In this document: in pieces, positions 1-9,993 of the stretch
Layout: each line of letters starts with the position of its first letter
Numbering within the stretch: position 1 is the first letter of the stretch
Assembly (NCBI GenBank): GCA_963777895.1
Contig: CAVZSF010000003.1
Span: 124,989-188,988 of the forward strand
Reading direction: 5' to 3'
Source of the DNA: an uncultured Thermoleophilia bacterium
Lineage (GTDB): Bacteria > Actinomycetota > Thermoleophilia > UBA2241
Length of the DNA stretch: 64,000 nt
The notes under the pieces: generated by a model
What the model saw: the letters and a program-made list of their open reading frames with translations, nothing else
What the model was told of the DNA's origin: nothing
The model's database searches: none
Made by a program: the position numbers and the translations under genes

Positions 1-2831
1 CCATGTGCAGGCCGCGGGCCGCGTTGCCCATGTTGTCGCCCAGGTCGATCGACATCGCCATGCGGAAGTCGACTTCCGCCGCCTCCATGTCGCCGATGCG
101 TGCGGCCACCGCCCCGTACATCGCCGGCGAGAGCGACGAACCGTGGCTCGTGATCGGCTCGTAGTAGCGGTAGTTGGCCGCCATCGTCTCCTTGTCGATC
201 TCGTTGGACAGCACGTAGCAGAGCATCACCGCATCGGCCTGTTTCACCACCTTGGACCGCAGCGTGACCTCGCGGCCCAAGAGCAGGTCGGCGGCCATGG
301 GCCGCGGCCGCAGCTTCTCGGGCGGGACGTCGTCGAGGCCGTGGAAGCCGGCGAACTGTTCGAAGACCTGGGTCGCCGGGTCCATGCCGTCCACGAGGTT
401 GTCGGCCACCTCGCGCCAGCCCGCCAGCTCCCGGGCGGTCACCTTGAGACGTTCGCGCAAGCGTGCCGCCGCGCGCCGATCAGTCGCCTCGAGCCAGCGC
501 AGCGCCTCGATGCCGTGCCGGATGTTCCAGCGCGCCAGGCCGTTCGTATAGGCGTTGTCGTCGACGCCCTCGTGATACTCGTCCGGACCCACGACCATCC
601 TGATGTGGTAGCGGCCCTCGGCGTCGCGTGACGAGCGCGACGCCCAGAACCGCCCCGTTTCCAATAGCAGCTCCACGCCCATGCTCTTCATGAACTCGTC
701 GTCGCCGGTGACCTTCCAGTACTCCCACGCCGCCCAAGCCACGTCGGCCGAGATGTGGTGCTCGAGCAGACCGGAGAGGATGGGGATGATCTCCCCGTCT
801 GGCCCGTAGCCGTAGGGCGGCGTCGTCTCGACGCCCCTGTCCGCCGACTCCCAAGGGAAGAGGGCGCCCTTGTGGCCCATCTGCCGGGCCTTCTCGCGCG
901 CCCCCGGGAGGTTGCGGTACCGGTAGGCGAGCAACGTGCGCGCCGTCTCAGGATGCGAGTACATGAAGAACGGCAGCACGAAGATCTCGGTGTCCCAGAA
1001 GACATGGAGGAAGTAGGACATCCCGCTCAGGCCGCGCGCGCCGACGGAGACGGCGTCGTTGGTGGGATGCGCCGTGCTGATGAGGTGGAAGATCGAGAAG
1101 CGCAGCGCCTGCTGCGCCTCGGCGTCGCCTTCGATGACGAGGTCGGCGTCGCGCCAGCGCTGCCGCCAGGCGGCGCGCTGGCGCCGCAGCAGCTCGTCGA
1201 AGCCGAGGCGCTCGGCCCGCTCGAGCGCGCTGCGCGCGCTCTGCACGGACGGAACGCGGCTGCGGCCGGCGGCGATGGCGGCGAACCGGTCCACCGTGGC
1301 CGGTTCGCCGGCCTCCAGCCGCCCGCCGATCACGTCGCGGGCCTGTTCCACCCGCCGCGACACCGGCGAGCCCGAGGCCGGCCTGGTCGTCACCGCCAGG
1401 ACGTGGCCGCCCCCGTTGCGCCCCTTCGAGAGGGCGACGAAGCCGGGCTGGTCGCCGAGCGTCTCGAACGTGGTCTCGCGCAGCGGTCCGCCGGCGTAGC
1501 TGACGCCGACCAGCCCTTCCCAGATGAGATGGGCGCCGGCGTCGACCGGGACGGCCTCGGCGCGGATGGCCATCAGACGCCCGGTCGTCGAGCGAGGCGA
1601 ACCGGGCGGTGCGCACCCGCAGGATGCGGTCGGCCCGGTCACGCTGCGTCCAGAAGCGGTAGACGACCCCGTCCTTCATGTCGAGCACGCGGTGCTGCTC
1701 GAGCAGCTCGCCGTTGGCGAGCGTCAGGTACATGTCGCCGGCCTTGAGGCGCAGGCCGAGCCAGTCGGGCGCCGCCACGGGCTGCCGGAAGCGCGGCTCT
1801 CCCGTGCCGTCGCCGTAGACGCCGGCGACCAGGGTCGCCGGCGTCGACACGGCCGAGCCTTCCTCCAGAGCGCCGCGCGTGCCCGTGGCCCCGTTGGCCA
1901 CCGTCAGCCACGTCTCGACCTCGCGCTCGCGGTAGGGGTCGAAGCCGTGCACCTCGAAGCGCCACGCCGCATCGCTCGTCGGTTGCGGGAACTGCTCGCG
2001 CGCTTCGCGGCCGCGGCGCTGGATCTGCTGCTCGAGGACGGCGATGAGACCGGAGGGGCCGCCGCCCAGGACGCGGACGCGCGGCGGCACATGGTCGCCG
2101 CCCTCGCCGACCGACACGAGGGCGGCGCGGCGCATGTCGGGCACGAGCAGCGCCCGTTCGGGCGTGGCCCGCCCGTTGACCAGGCCGAACTCGTGCCCGA
2201 CCAGCAGCAGATCGCGCGGGTCCCGGTCGCGGTCGGCGACGAGGCGGCGCAGGACGTAGCGCATGGCGTCCGCCTCGTCGGTGAGACCTATCTCGATGCT
2301 CTGCGACGTCCAGGAGATCGAAGGGTGCGCGAGACCGGCGTTGACGGCGAGCCGTTCGGCCACGTCCACCCAGGCCGTCGCGAGGTCGATGACGGCGTCC
2401 TCTACGCGCACCAGGCGCCGGTTCGTGCGGTACTCGATGCGGGCCGTGTGCCCTGAGTCGGCCAGATCCTGGCGGAGCTCTTCCGCCGCCGCCGTCAGCG
2501 CCGCCTCCTCGCGCTCACTCGCCTGCCGGCGCTCCAGCAGGCGGGCGCCGTTCGGGCCGACGACGTAGACCTCGGAACCCTGCGAGAGCAGCAGGAAGAG
2601 GCGGCCCTCGACACCCGGCCGCGCGCGCAACTGCCCGTCGATGCGGCGCACGTCGCCGCGCGCGACGATGGCGACGTCCACGCCGAGCGACGTGAGCCGC
2701 TCGACGGCGCTCCGCACGGCGCGCGCGGCCGCTCTCGGGCCGCTCACGGCGGTGCCCTCCCACGTGAAGGTCACCACCGCGAAGTCGCGCTCGAGGTCGC
2801 GGGGAAGGTCGTCGATGCGTCGCTGTGCCAT
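1..2831 (-). CDS. HAD-family phosphatase fused to glycoside hydrolase family 65 (trehalose-6-phosphate phosphatase OtsB1-like). 5' partial at the window edge, with an apparent frameshift near 1565-1590.
   Basis: Minus-strand translation gives an N-terminal HAD/TPP-like domain (start ATG at 2831, MAQRRIDDLPRDLERDF...) followed by a GH65 N-terminal domain (WRFEVHGFDPYREREVETWLTVANG...). After ...RFASLDD the sensible frame shifts: it continues ...RLMAIRAEAVPVDAGAHLIWEGLVGVSYAGG... and, in frame 1021 mod 3, the GH65 catalytic motif FHLISTAHPTNDAVSVGARGLSGMSYFLHVFWDTEIFVLPFFMYSHPETARTLLAYRYRNLPGAREKARQMGHKGALFPWESADRG. That frame is open to position 1. The ORF-track 1223-aa ORF is a chimera of this gene and antisense of the next. 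Confidence 0.7.
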
Positions 2832-2996
2832 GCCGGTCTGCGCTTGAGCCGCGCGCTCCTTCGCCTCGCGATAGACTTGTGGCGTCCGGCCGGGCCGACG
2901 GCCCGGAGTGTCCGGACGGTTATGGTACAGGCTCGGCTCGCAGAGAGAGCATTCCCCCTCCTCTCCGAGCCGCACGCGTAGGATGCCGCCCTGGAG

Positions 2997-4280
2997 GTGA
3001 GCCCCGTGGACCGGTTCGACGTCGACTACGTCCGCAGGCAGTTCCCCGCGCTCGCGCGCTCGATCGCCGGCCACCCCGTCGCGTATCTGGACGGTCCCGG
3101 CGGGACTCAAACACCGGAGCGCGTCCTCGACGCCGTCCGCGACTACCTCGTCAACCACAACAGCAACACTCACGGCTTCTTTGCGACCACGGAAGAGACC
3201 GACCAGGTGATCCTCGAGGCACGCATGGCGATGGCCGACTTCTTCGGCTGCGACTGGAGCGAGGTCTCCTTCGGCGCCAACATGACCACCCTGTGCTTCC
3301 TCCTCGCCCAATCGGTGGGCCGTGACCTGAAGGCCGGCGACCAGATCCTCATCACCGAGATCGACCACGAAGGCAACCGCGGTCCCTGGCTGCACCTTGC
3401 GGAACGCGGCGTGCTGGTGCGCGAGGTCCCCGTCCACCCGGCGACCTGCACGCTCGACTTCGAGGCCTTCGAGAAGATGGCGACGGAGGGCAGGACGAAG
3501 GTCGTTGCGGTCAACTACGCCTCGAACGCGGTGGGGACGATCACCGACGTGAAGCGGGCCTGCGAGATCGCCCGCAGGGTCGGGGCGCTCTCGGTCGTCG
3601 ACGCCGTGCATTACGCCCTGCACGGCCCGATCGACGTCCACGAGATCGGCTGTGACGTACTGCTCTGCTCGGCCTACAAGTTCTTCGGACCACACGTCGG
3701 CGTGCAGTACACGCGCCTCGGCGTCGGCGAGCGCATCCGCGCCCTGCGGCTGCGCACGCAGGAGGAGGAGCCGCCGTACAGGTTCGAGACCGGAACCTTG
3801 TGCCAGGAAGGTCTCGCAGGGGTCACGGCGGCGGTCGACTTCATCGCCGACATGGGCCGTCATCACGAGGGGCTGGTGGCTGAGCGGCTGCCCTACGGGC
3901 TGGCCGGCCGGCGCCGCGACGTGATCGCCGGGATGCTCGCCAACGAGCTGTACGAGCAGCCGCTCGCGCGGCGCCTCATGGAGGAGCTCGCCGAGATCCC
4001 CGGCGTCACCCTCTACGGCCCGCCGGCCGGCCATCCCCGCACCTCGACCGTGTCGTTCACGATCGACGGGGTGCGGCCCGAGCAGGCCTGCCGGCAGCTC
4101 GGCGACCAGGGCCTCTTCCTGTGGGACGGACACTTCTATGCGGTGCGGCTGGTGGAGCGCCTCGGCTTGATGGAAGCCGGCGGGCTCGTGCGGGTCGGAC
4201 TGTGCCCGTACACCACGTGGGACGAGCTGGCGCGGCTCGTGGACGGGGTCGCCAGACTCGCGGAGGCGGCGCGGCGATGA
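2997..4280 (+). CDS. Cysteine desulfurase-family aminotransferase class V (SufS/CsdA-like)
   Basis: 427-aa ORF with class V aminotransferase architecture (…NHNSNTHGFFATTEE…, …SAYKFFGPHVG…). GGAGG lies just upstream. GTG at 2997 or, more likely, 3006. Divergent from the GH65 gene. Confidence 0.8.
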   Translation: MSPVDRFDVDYVRRQFPALARSIAGHPVAYLDGPGGTQTPERVLDAVRDYLVNHNSNTHGFFATTEETDQVILEARMAMADFFGCDWSEVSFGANMTTLCFLLAQSVGRDLKAGDQILITEIDHEGNRGPWLHLAERGVLVREVPVHPATCTLDFEAFEKMATEGRTKVVAVNYASNAVGTITDVKRACEIARRVGALSVVDAVHYALHGPIDVHEIGCDVLLCSAYKFFGPHVGVQYTRLGVGERIRALRLRTQEEEPPYRFETGTLCQEGLAGVTAAVDFIADMGRHHEGLVAERLPYGLAGRRRDVIAGMLANELYEQPLARRLMEELAEIPGVTLYGPPAGHPRTSTVSFTIDGVRPEQACRQLGDQGLFLWDGHFYAVRLVERLGLMEAGGLVRVGLCPYTTWDELARLVDGVARLAEAARR

Positions 4281-4320
4281 CGGGCGCACGGCACGCCGTC
4301 GCGCCCGTCCGCGCGCCGTC

Positions 4321-5376
4321 ATGAGCGACCTCCGCACCGTCAAGCTCTGCCTGCTGGGCTTCGGCAGCGTCGCGCGCGCGACCTGCGAGCTGCTGGAGCG
4401 GCAGGAGGCGGCGCTCGCGGAGCGCCACGGCCTGCGCTTCGTCGTGACCGGCGCCGGCACCCGCCGCGGCAGCCTGCTGGCGCCGGACGGTATGCGGCCG
4501 GCCGAAGCGCTGGCGGCCGCCGGCCGCGGCGCCGAGGGCCGGCTCCCCGAGCCGCCGCGGCCGGCGGCCGACCTCCTGCGCGCCTCGGACGCCGACGTCC
4601 TGCTCGAGCTCACCGTCATGGAAGAGGACTTCGCGCCCCTGGCGACCGGTCACATCGAGACGGCCTTCGACCTCGGCATGGACGTTGTGACCGCGAACAA
4701 AGGCCCCATCGCCTGGAACTGGCGCCGCGTCGCCGCGAAGGCGGCGGCGACCGGGCGCCACATCCGCTTCGAGAGCACGGTCATGGACGGCCTGCCGGTC
4801 TTCAGCCTGCTCGAGTTCGCGCTGCCGGACTGCCGGCTGCTCGGCTTCGACGCCGTGTTCAACAGCACCACCAACTTCATCATCGATGCGATGGCGCGCG
4901 GCGAGAGCTTCGAGAGCGCCCTGGGCTACGCGCAGACCGAGGGGTTCGCCGAGGCCGACCCGGCCCACGACCTCGACGGCTGGGACGCGGCCTGCAAGGC
5001 GGCGGCGCTGGCCAACGTGGCGATGGACGCCGGCATCACGCCGGCAGGCGTCGACAAGCAGCGCCTCGACGAGGTCCCGCTGGACCAGATCAAGTCGGCG
5101 CGGGCGGCCGGCAAGCGCCTGCGGCTCGTGACGAGCGTGTGGCGCGACGGCGGCGCGGACGGCGCCGGCGTTGCCGCCGGCGCCGTCCGCGCCCAGGTGC
5201 GCGCCACCGAGCTCGACATCGACCACCCGCTGGCGCCGCTGAATGCCGAGTCGCTCGGCGTCGTGCTCCACACCGACCTGATGGGCGATGTCGTCGTCGC
5301 CGAGATGGGCGCGCTCGTGCCCCAGACCGCCTACGGGGTGTACGCCGACCTGCTTCACCTGTGCCGGAGGAACTGA
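4321..5376 (+). CDS. Homoserine dehydrogenase-family protein (NAD-binding plus catalytic domains, no ACT domain)
   Basis: N-terminal GFGSVA Rossmann motif and the TANKGPIA catalytic-domain motif. 351 aa. Confidence 0.7.
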   Translation: MSDLRTVKLCLLGFGSVARATCELLERQEAALAERHGLRFVVTGAGTRRGSLLAPDGMRPAEALAAAGRGAEGRLPEPPRPAADLLRASDADVLLELTVMEEDFAPLATGHIETAFDLGMDVVTANKGPIAWNWRRVAAKAAATGRHIRFESTVMDGLPVFSLLEFALPDCRLLGFDAVFNSTTNFIIDAMARGESFESALGYAQTEGFAEADPAHDLDGWDAACKAAALANVAMDAGITPAGVDKQRLDEVPLDQIKSARAAGKRLRLVTSVWRDGGADGAGVAAGAVRAQVRATELDIDHPLAPLNAESLGVVLHTDLMGDVVVAEMGALVPQTAYGVYADLLHLCRRN

Positions 5377-6452
5377 GCACCCTCCCTGCGCCCCTCGCCG
5401 TCGCGCCCGTCACGGCGCCGCCGGCATCTCGACGTCCGTTTTGGCGCCGGCCGCTCGTCGTCGCGCTGCTCGTTTTCGTCGCCGGCGCCGCGCTGGGCGC
5501 CGCCGCCTTCACCGCCGAGCAGCGCTTCATCGTCTGGCGGCCGAACGTCTCCCGCACGGCGGATGGCTGGCACGTCACGGGCGCCTCCGGACTCCGGCCG
5601 GCGGCCCCCGCTATCGCCGGCGACCATATCGCCTGGGGTCAGGGGCTCTACACCTGCGTCATGGATCTCGGCACGGGCGAGACCCACGTCATCGGCTTCG
5701 CCGCGACGGGAACTTCCATCTGGCCGCCTTCCATGAACGGTCGCTACGTGGCCTGGATGGAGACGCCGAAGGCGTCGGGCGGCCGCGGTCTCGTCTGGAC
5801 CTACGACATCGAACGCGGCCGGCGCCTCTCCCATGGCGCCGGCGCCAATGGGGCGACGACGGCCCTGAGCGACGACCGGGTCATCTGGTACGAGGGGGGC
5901 GACGCGACCAGGGTCGTGGGCGTCGACCTCGCCTATGGCACCCGCTCCGTGCAGTCGAGCGCCGCTGATCTGGACTACCCCGTGCTCGGGGCCGGCCACC
6001 TCATCGGCTGGCTGCTCCACTCCGACGCGCGCGGCGTGCTCGCTCAGCTCAAGGACATCGCCCGGGGCACGCTCGTCGAGGTGCCGCTCGTCGCACCCGG
6101 CAGCGGGCTCACGGTGGGGGATATCCAGCTCGCCGGGAGCTGGCTGCTGTGGACGGTCCAGTCCGCGACGTCCACCACCGTGCTGGTCTACGACGCGGCA
6201 GCAGGGACGACGCGGACCGTCGTCCGTGGTGACGTCCTGATGCCGGCCACGGACGGCCGGACGGTCGTCTGGGCGACGCCCAGCGAGTCCGGCTCGGGCG
6301 CCGCCGTCCGCGGCGCGACCGCTTCGGGGGATCCCTTCATCGTCACCCGCCTCGCGACGTGGCCGTCGGCCCTTGCCATCGGCGGCGGCCGGGTAGCGTG
6401 GACGGGTGAGGACGAGAGCGGGCCCTTCCTGCAGACCGCTGACCTGCCGTGA
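5361..6452 (+). CDS. Membrane-anchored hypothetical protein with predicted beta-propeller-like repeats
   Basis: The ORF-track N-terminus (Arg-rich) is an overlap artefact. The plausible start is GTG 5361, giving VPEELSTLP…, then a single TM helix (RRPLVVALLVFVAGAALGAAAF) and repeated W/G-rich segments. No confident family assignment. Confidence 0.45.
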   Translation: MPEELSTLPAPLAVAPVTAPPASRRPFWRRPLVVALLVFVAGAALGAAAFTAEQRFIVWRPNVSRTADGWHVTGASGLRPAAPAIAGDHIAWGQGLYTCVMDLGTGETHVIGFAATGTSIWPPSMNGRYVAWMETPKASGGRGLVWTYDIERGRRLSHGAGANGATTALSDDRVIWYEGGDATRVVGVDLAYGTRSVQSSAADLDYPVLGAGHLIGWLLHSDARGVLAQLKDIARGTLVEVPLVAPGSGLTVGDIQLAGSWLLWTVQSATSTTVLVYDAAAGTTRTVVRGDVLMPATDGRTVVWATPSESGSGAAVRGATASGDPFIVTRLATWPSALAIGGGRVAWTGEDESGPFLQTADLP

Positions 6453-6522
6453 TGACTCTCACTGAACGTCCCGGACAGTGCAGGGCCCGCAAGGTGGCCG
6501 TGGCGATGCGCGCCGGGAGGAG

Positions 6523-6867
6523 GTGAGCGCGACGCGCCGCTACATCCCACCGCCCCTCGGCGCCTACGGCCAGCGCGTGCTGCTCCTGGTGCTCGTCGAG
6601 TTGTGCCTGCTCAACGTGGCCGACTTCGTCCTCACCAGCTACGCGATGTGGCTCGGGTTCGCCACAGAGTCGAACGGCGTGATGGACTTCTTCTTCCGCC
6701 AGGGGACCGTCGCCGCCGCCGTGTTCAAGTTCAGCATCGTGACGGGCGGCGCGGTAGCGCTCTGGCTGCTCCGCCGCTACCGCGCCGCGCTGCTCGCCGG
6801 CGTGCTGCTCACCGGCGTCTTCTCGGCCGTGGTCGTCTATCAGCTGCTGTGGATCGCGAGCCTCTGA
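6523..6867 (+). CDS. Small integral membrane protein (DUF5658-like)
   Basis: GGAGG-N2-GTG start at 6523 in frame with the listed ORF. Three hydrophobic helices. The LNVADFVLTSYAM…GF.E.N motif resembles DUF5658. Confidence 0.5.
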   Translation: MSATRRYIPPPLGAYGQRVLLLVLVELCLLNVADFVLTSYAMWLGFATESNGVMDFFFRQGTVAAAVFKFSIVTGGAVALWLLRRYRAALLAGVLLTGVFSAVVVYQLLWIASL

Positions 6868-6913
6868 GACGGGAGGGCTCGGTCCTGGACCCAAGGGCGG
6901 GAAGGAAGAAGGC

Positions 6914-7717
6914 ATGATTCACGACCTGCCGATCGCCACCGACTGGTTCGCCGTCACGTGGGTGACGGCAAGCGTCGCACTGCTCAACGAGCCTCATGTC
7001 GACGCCTTCCTGCAGGGCAACATCTGGTACGTGCGCGGTCGGGAGCGCGATCTGCTGATCGACGCCGGCAACGGGATCGCGCCGCTGCGGCCGGTCCTCG
7101 AACGGTTCTCGCACGGTAAGAGGCGCGAGATCGTCGCGCTCGCGACCCATGCGCACGCCGACCACATCGGGGGTCTGCACGAGTTCGAGCGCCGCCTGCT
7201 GCACCCGAAAGAGGCGCAGGCGGCGCGGCACCTGGACGACGAGGCCCCGCTGGTCGCCGCGACGTGGCATGACAAGCTCGCGGATGCGCTCGAAGAGGAG
7301 GGCTTCATCATCCCTCCCATACTGATCGACGCACGGCCGTCCGAGGATTTCGACCCAGCCGCCTTCCGCATCGCGCCGGTCGCCGCCACGCACAATGTGC
7401 AGGGCGGCGACCTCGTCGACCTCGGCGACCGGCAGCTCCAGGTCGTCGACCTGCCGGGCCATACGCCCGGCAGCATCGGCGTCTGGGACGAACGTGACGG
7501 CGCGCTCTACTCCGGCGACGCCGTCTACGAGGAGGGCCTCATCGACACCCTGCCCGAGTCGAGCATCGAGGACTACCTGCACACGATGCGCCGGCTCCGC
7601 GACCTGACCGCCGAGGTCGTCTACCCAGGTCACGACGCCCCCTTCGGACGCGAGCGCCTGCAGGAGATCGCCGGCGAGTATCTGCGCCGGCGCGGCGAGA
7701 ACGCTCAGGGCTCGTAG
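6914..7717 (+). CDS. MBL-fold metallo-hydrolase
   Basis: HxHxDH motif (ATHAHADHIGG) and downstream His/Asp ligands. Ends with a TAG stop at 7715-7717. Confidence 0.8.
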   Translation: MIHDLPIATDWFAVTWVTASVALLNEPHVDAFLQGNIWYVRGRERDLLIDAGNGIAPLRPVLERFSHGKRREIVALATHAHADHIGGLHEFERRLLHPKEAQAARHLDDEAPLVAATWHDKLADALEEEGFIIPPILIDARPSEDFDPAAFRIAPVAATHNVQGGDLVDLGDRQLQVVDLPGHTPGSIGVWDERDGALYSGDAVYEEGLIDTLPESSIEDYLHTMRRLRDLTAEVVYPGHDAPFGRERLQEIAGEYLRRRGENAQGS

Positions 7718-7814
7718 CGTCCGGGACGGCGGCGCGCCGCGCAACGAGGCCCGCCTGATCCTCAGAGCGTCGGCCGGCGCGGGAGGTCTAAGATCGCCGG
7801 CCGCGCGGCAGGCT

Positions 7815-8657
7815 TCAGCCGGCCGGCACGAACGCGCCCAGGATCGTCACGCCGACGATGGTGGCCGCGACGCCCGCCAATTGGTGTGGTCGCGGCCGCT
7901 CCCTGAGCACGACGACGCCGAGCAGCAGCGCGAAGGTCGCGAACTGCGAGGCGGTGACGCCGGCGACGGCGAGCGGCCCGAGGGCCACCGAGACGGTGAG
8001 TGTGAACACCCCGGCGAGCTCGAGCAGCCCCGAGCCCACGGCGAGCGGCTGCAGCCGCCGTGGGATCGCCATCCCGCCAAGGATGAGGGCCAGCGGTACG
8101 GCGATCGCGAACGAGGTCAGCCGCGAGACCGCGGCGACCGAGATCCACGAGATGTCGCCCGCCTGGCCGTAGAGCGTCACGACGACGCCGAAGAGGACGG
8201 CGGAGAGGAGCGCCCACCCCGCGCCCGCCGTGCTCCTGGCGCGGTCCTGCACGGCGGCGAGGACGGCGCCGACCACGGTCAGCGCCAGGCCGGCGCCGAT
8301 CAACGGCGTGACCTGCTCGCCGAGGGCGATGGCGGCCGCGGCCGTGAAGGCGCCCTGCAGGGAGCTGAGCGCGGCGACCAGCGACAGGTCGCCTTTGGCA
8401 AAGCCCGAGAGCAGCGCGAAGTAGGCGCCCACGTACAGCACGCCGGCGGAGGCCGCCCATGCCGCCGCTTTCCATTCCGCGGCGCCGCTCGGAAGCCCGT
8501 CGATGATCAGCATCGCCGGTACCGCGATGACCAGGCCGATGGTGAGCGTCCACGCAACCATGCGCAGCGCGCTCGACGCCCGCGTGACGTACTGCGCCAT
8601 CATGTCGCTGACGGCGTACGAGAAGGACGAGGCGAGACCGAAGAGGACGGTCAGCAT
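7815..8657 (-). CDS. EamA/DMT-superfamily transporter
   Basis: 280-aa, 10-TM hydrophobic protein with two EamA-like halves. Confidence 0.7.
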   Translation of the reverse strand: MLTVLFGLASSFSYAVSDMMAQYVTRASSALRMVAWTLTIGLVIAVPAMLIIDGLPSGAAEWKAAAWAASAGVLYVGAYFALLSGFAKGDLSLVAALSSLQGAFTAAAAIALGEQVTPLIGAGLALTVVGAVLAAVQDRARSTAGAGWALLSAVLFGVVVTLYGQAGDISWISVAAVSRLTSFAIAVPLALILGGMAIPRRLQPLAVGSGLLELAGVFTLTVSVALGPLAVAGVTASQFATFALLLGVVVLRERPRPHQLAGVAATIVGVTILGAFVPAG

Positions 8658-8699
8658 CTGCGGGCGGACCGTCCGATCATCTGTCTCGCGGCGAAGGCG

Positions 8700-9914
8700 T
8701 CAGGACTGGTCCGGCCGGCGGGCCGCAAGGTCGGCGAAGCTGCGCGTCCGCAGCCCCGCGTGCTTCTCGGCGATCGTCACCGCCAGCGCATCCAGCGCCG
8801 CGAAGTCGGCCGCGCGCGGCAGCCCCTTGGCCAGCACTGGCTCAAGGAACTCGACCTTGAGCTTGTCCATCATGCCGACGAGTGTCTCGACGGTCTTGCC
8901 GGCCCAGCCGTAGGAGCCGATCACCGTCGCGTACTTGGTGCGCGGCTTGAGCGCGTTCGCGAGGAAGGCCGCGTGGGCGGCCAGCGGATGCGGCCCGGTG
9001 AGCACCGTGGGCGTCCCGATCACAACGGTGCCGGCGTGCACCAGCGAGCTGGCGAGCTCGCCGGCATCCAGGGTCGTGAGGTCGAAGCGCTCGACGGCTA
9101 CGCCCCGGTCCGTCAGGGCCGCCGTCAGGTGATCCACCATGAGCAACGTGCTGTCGTGCATCGAGACGAACGGCAGGCAGACGATGTTCTGCGGGTCCCC
9201 GGTCGCCCAGTCCCGGTAGGCCTCGATGATGAAGCTGGGGTCGTCGTACACAGGACCGTGGCTCGGTCCGATCAGCGCGATCGGGTACTTCGTCACCTTC
9301 TCGATGTTCTTCGTCACCTGACCACCGAACGGCATCATGATCTCGGCGTAGTAACGCTTCGCCCCGTCGTAGACCTCGTGCCTGTCGGCGAAGACGTCGT
9401 TGGTCGCGTAGTGAGAGCCGAAGAAGTCGCAGCTGAAGAGCATCCTGTCTTCGGCGAGCCAGGTGCTCATCGTCTCGGGCCAGTGGACCCAGGGCGTGAG
9501 GACGAAGGTGAGGGTCTTGTCGCCGAGGCTGAGGGTGTCGCCGTCGGCGACCACCTGGAAGCGCGCGTCGTCTACGTGCAGATGGTCGATCAGCATCCCC
9601 CTCGCCTTCTCATTGCAGACGATGGTGAGGTCGGGGAAACGCTCGAGCAGCATCGGGGTCGAGCCTGAATGGTCCTGCTCGACGTGGTGGATGACGAGGA
9701 AGTCGGGGGCGGGCAGGTCGTCGAGCTGGGCGCTCAGGGTGGGCCACTTCGCGGGGTCGACCGTGTCGATGAGAACGCTCTTCTCGCTGCCCTTGACGAA
9801 GTAACTGTTGTAGCTGGTGCCGTGGGGCAGCGGGATGAGCGCGTCGAACAGGCGGCGATCCCAGTCGACGGCGCCGATGAGGTAGACATTCGGGACGATC
9901 TCGCGTGGCTTCAT
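8700..9914 (-). CDS. Flavodiiron protein (FprA / A-type flavoprotein: MBL-like di-iron domain plus flavodoxin domain)
   Basis: Di-iron ligand motifs HHVEQDHSGS and PWVHWPETM, with a C-terminal flavodoxin-like domain (TVVIGTPTV…). ATG at 9914 is preceded by GAGGGG. Confidence 0.8.
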   Translation of the reverse strand: MKPREIVPNVYLIGAVDWDRRLFDALIPLPHGTSYNSYFVKGSEKSVLIDTVDPAKWPTLSAQLDDLPAPDFLVIHHVEQDHSGSTPMLLERFPDLTIVCNEKARGMLIDHLHVDDARFQVVADGDTLSLGDKTLTFVLTPWVHWPETMSTWLAEDRMLFSCDFFGSHYATNDVFADRHEVYDGAKRYYAEIMMPFGGQVTKNIEKVTKYPIALIGPSHGPVYDDPSFIIEAYRDWATGDPQNIVCLPFVSMHDSTLLMVDHLTAALTDRGVAVERFDLTTLDAGELASSLVHAGTVVIGTPTVLTGPHPLAAHAAFLANALKPRTKYATVIGSYGWAGKTVETLVGMMDKLKVEFLEPVLAKGLPRAADFAALDALAVTIAEKHAGLRTRSFADLAARRPDQS

Positions 9915-9993
9915 GACACCCCTCGGGATGTAGCAGGCGAACGGCTGGCGGCAGGGATTATATCCACGCCGCACGCGCGGCTACCGCGCTGGC

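Noticed and set aside
948-4619. 1223-aa minus-strand ORF as a single giant gene
   Set aside because: It is a chimera. Codons 597 onward are the genuine HAD-GH65 gene (start 2831). The upstream ~600 codons are Arg/Ala-rich antisense translation of the cysteine desulfurase gene. The C-terminal tail is out of frame.
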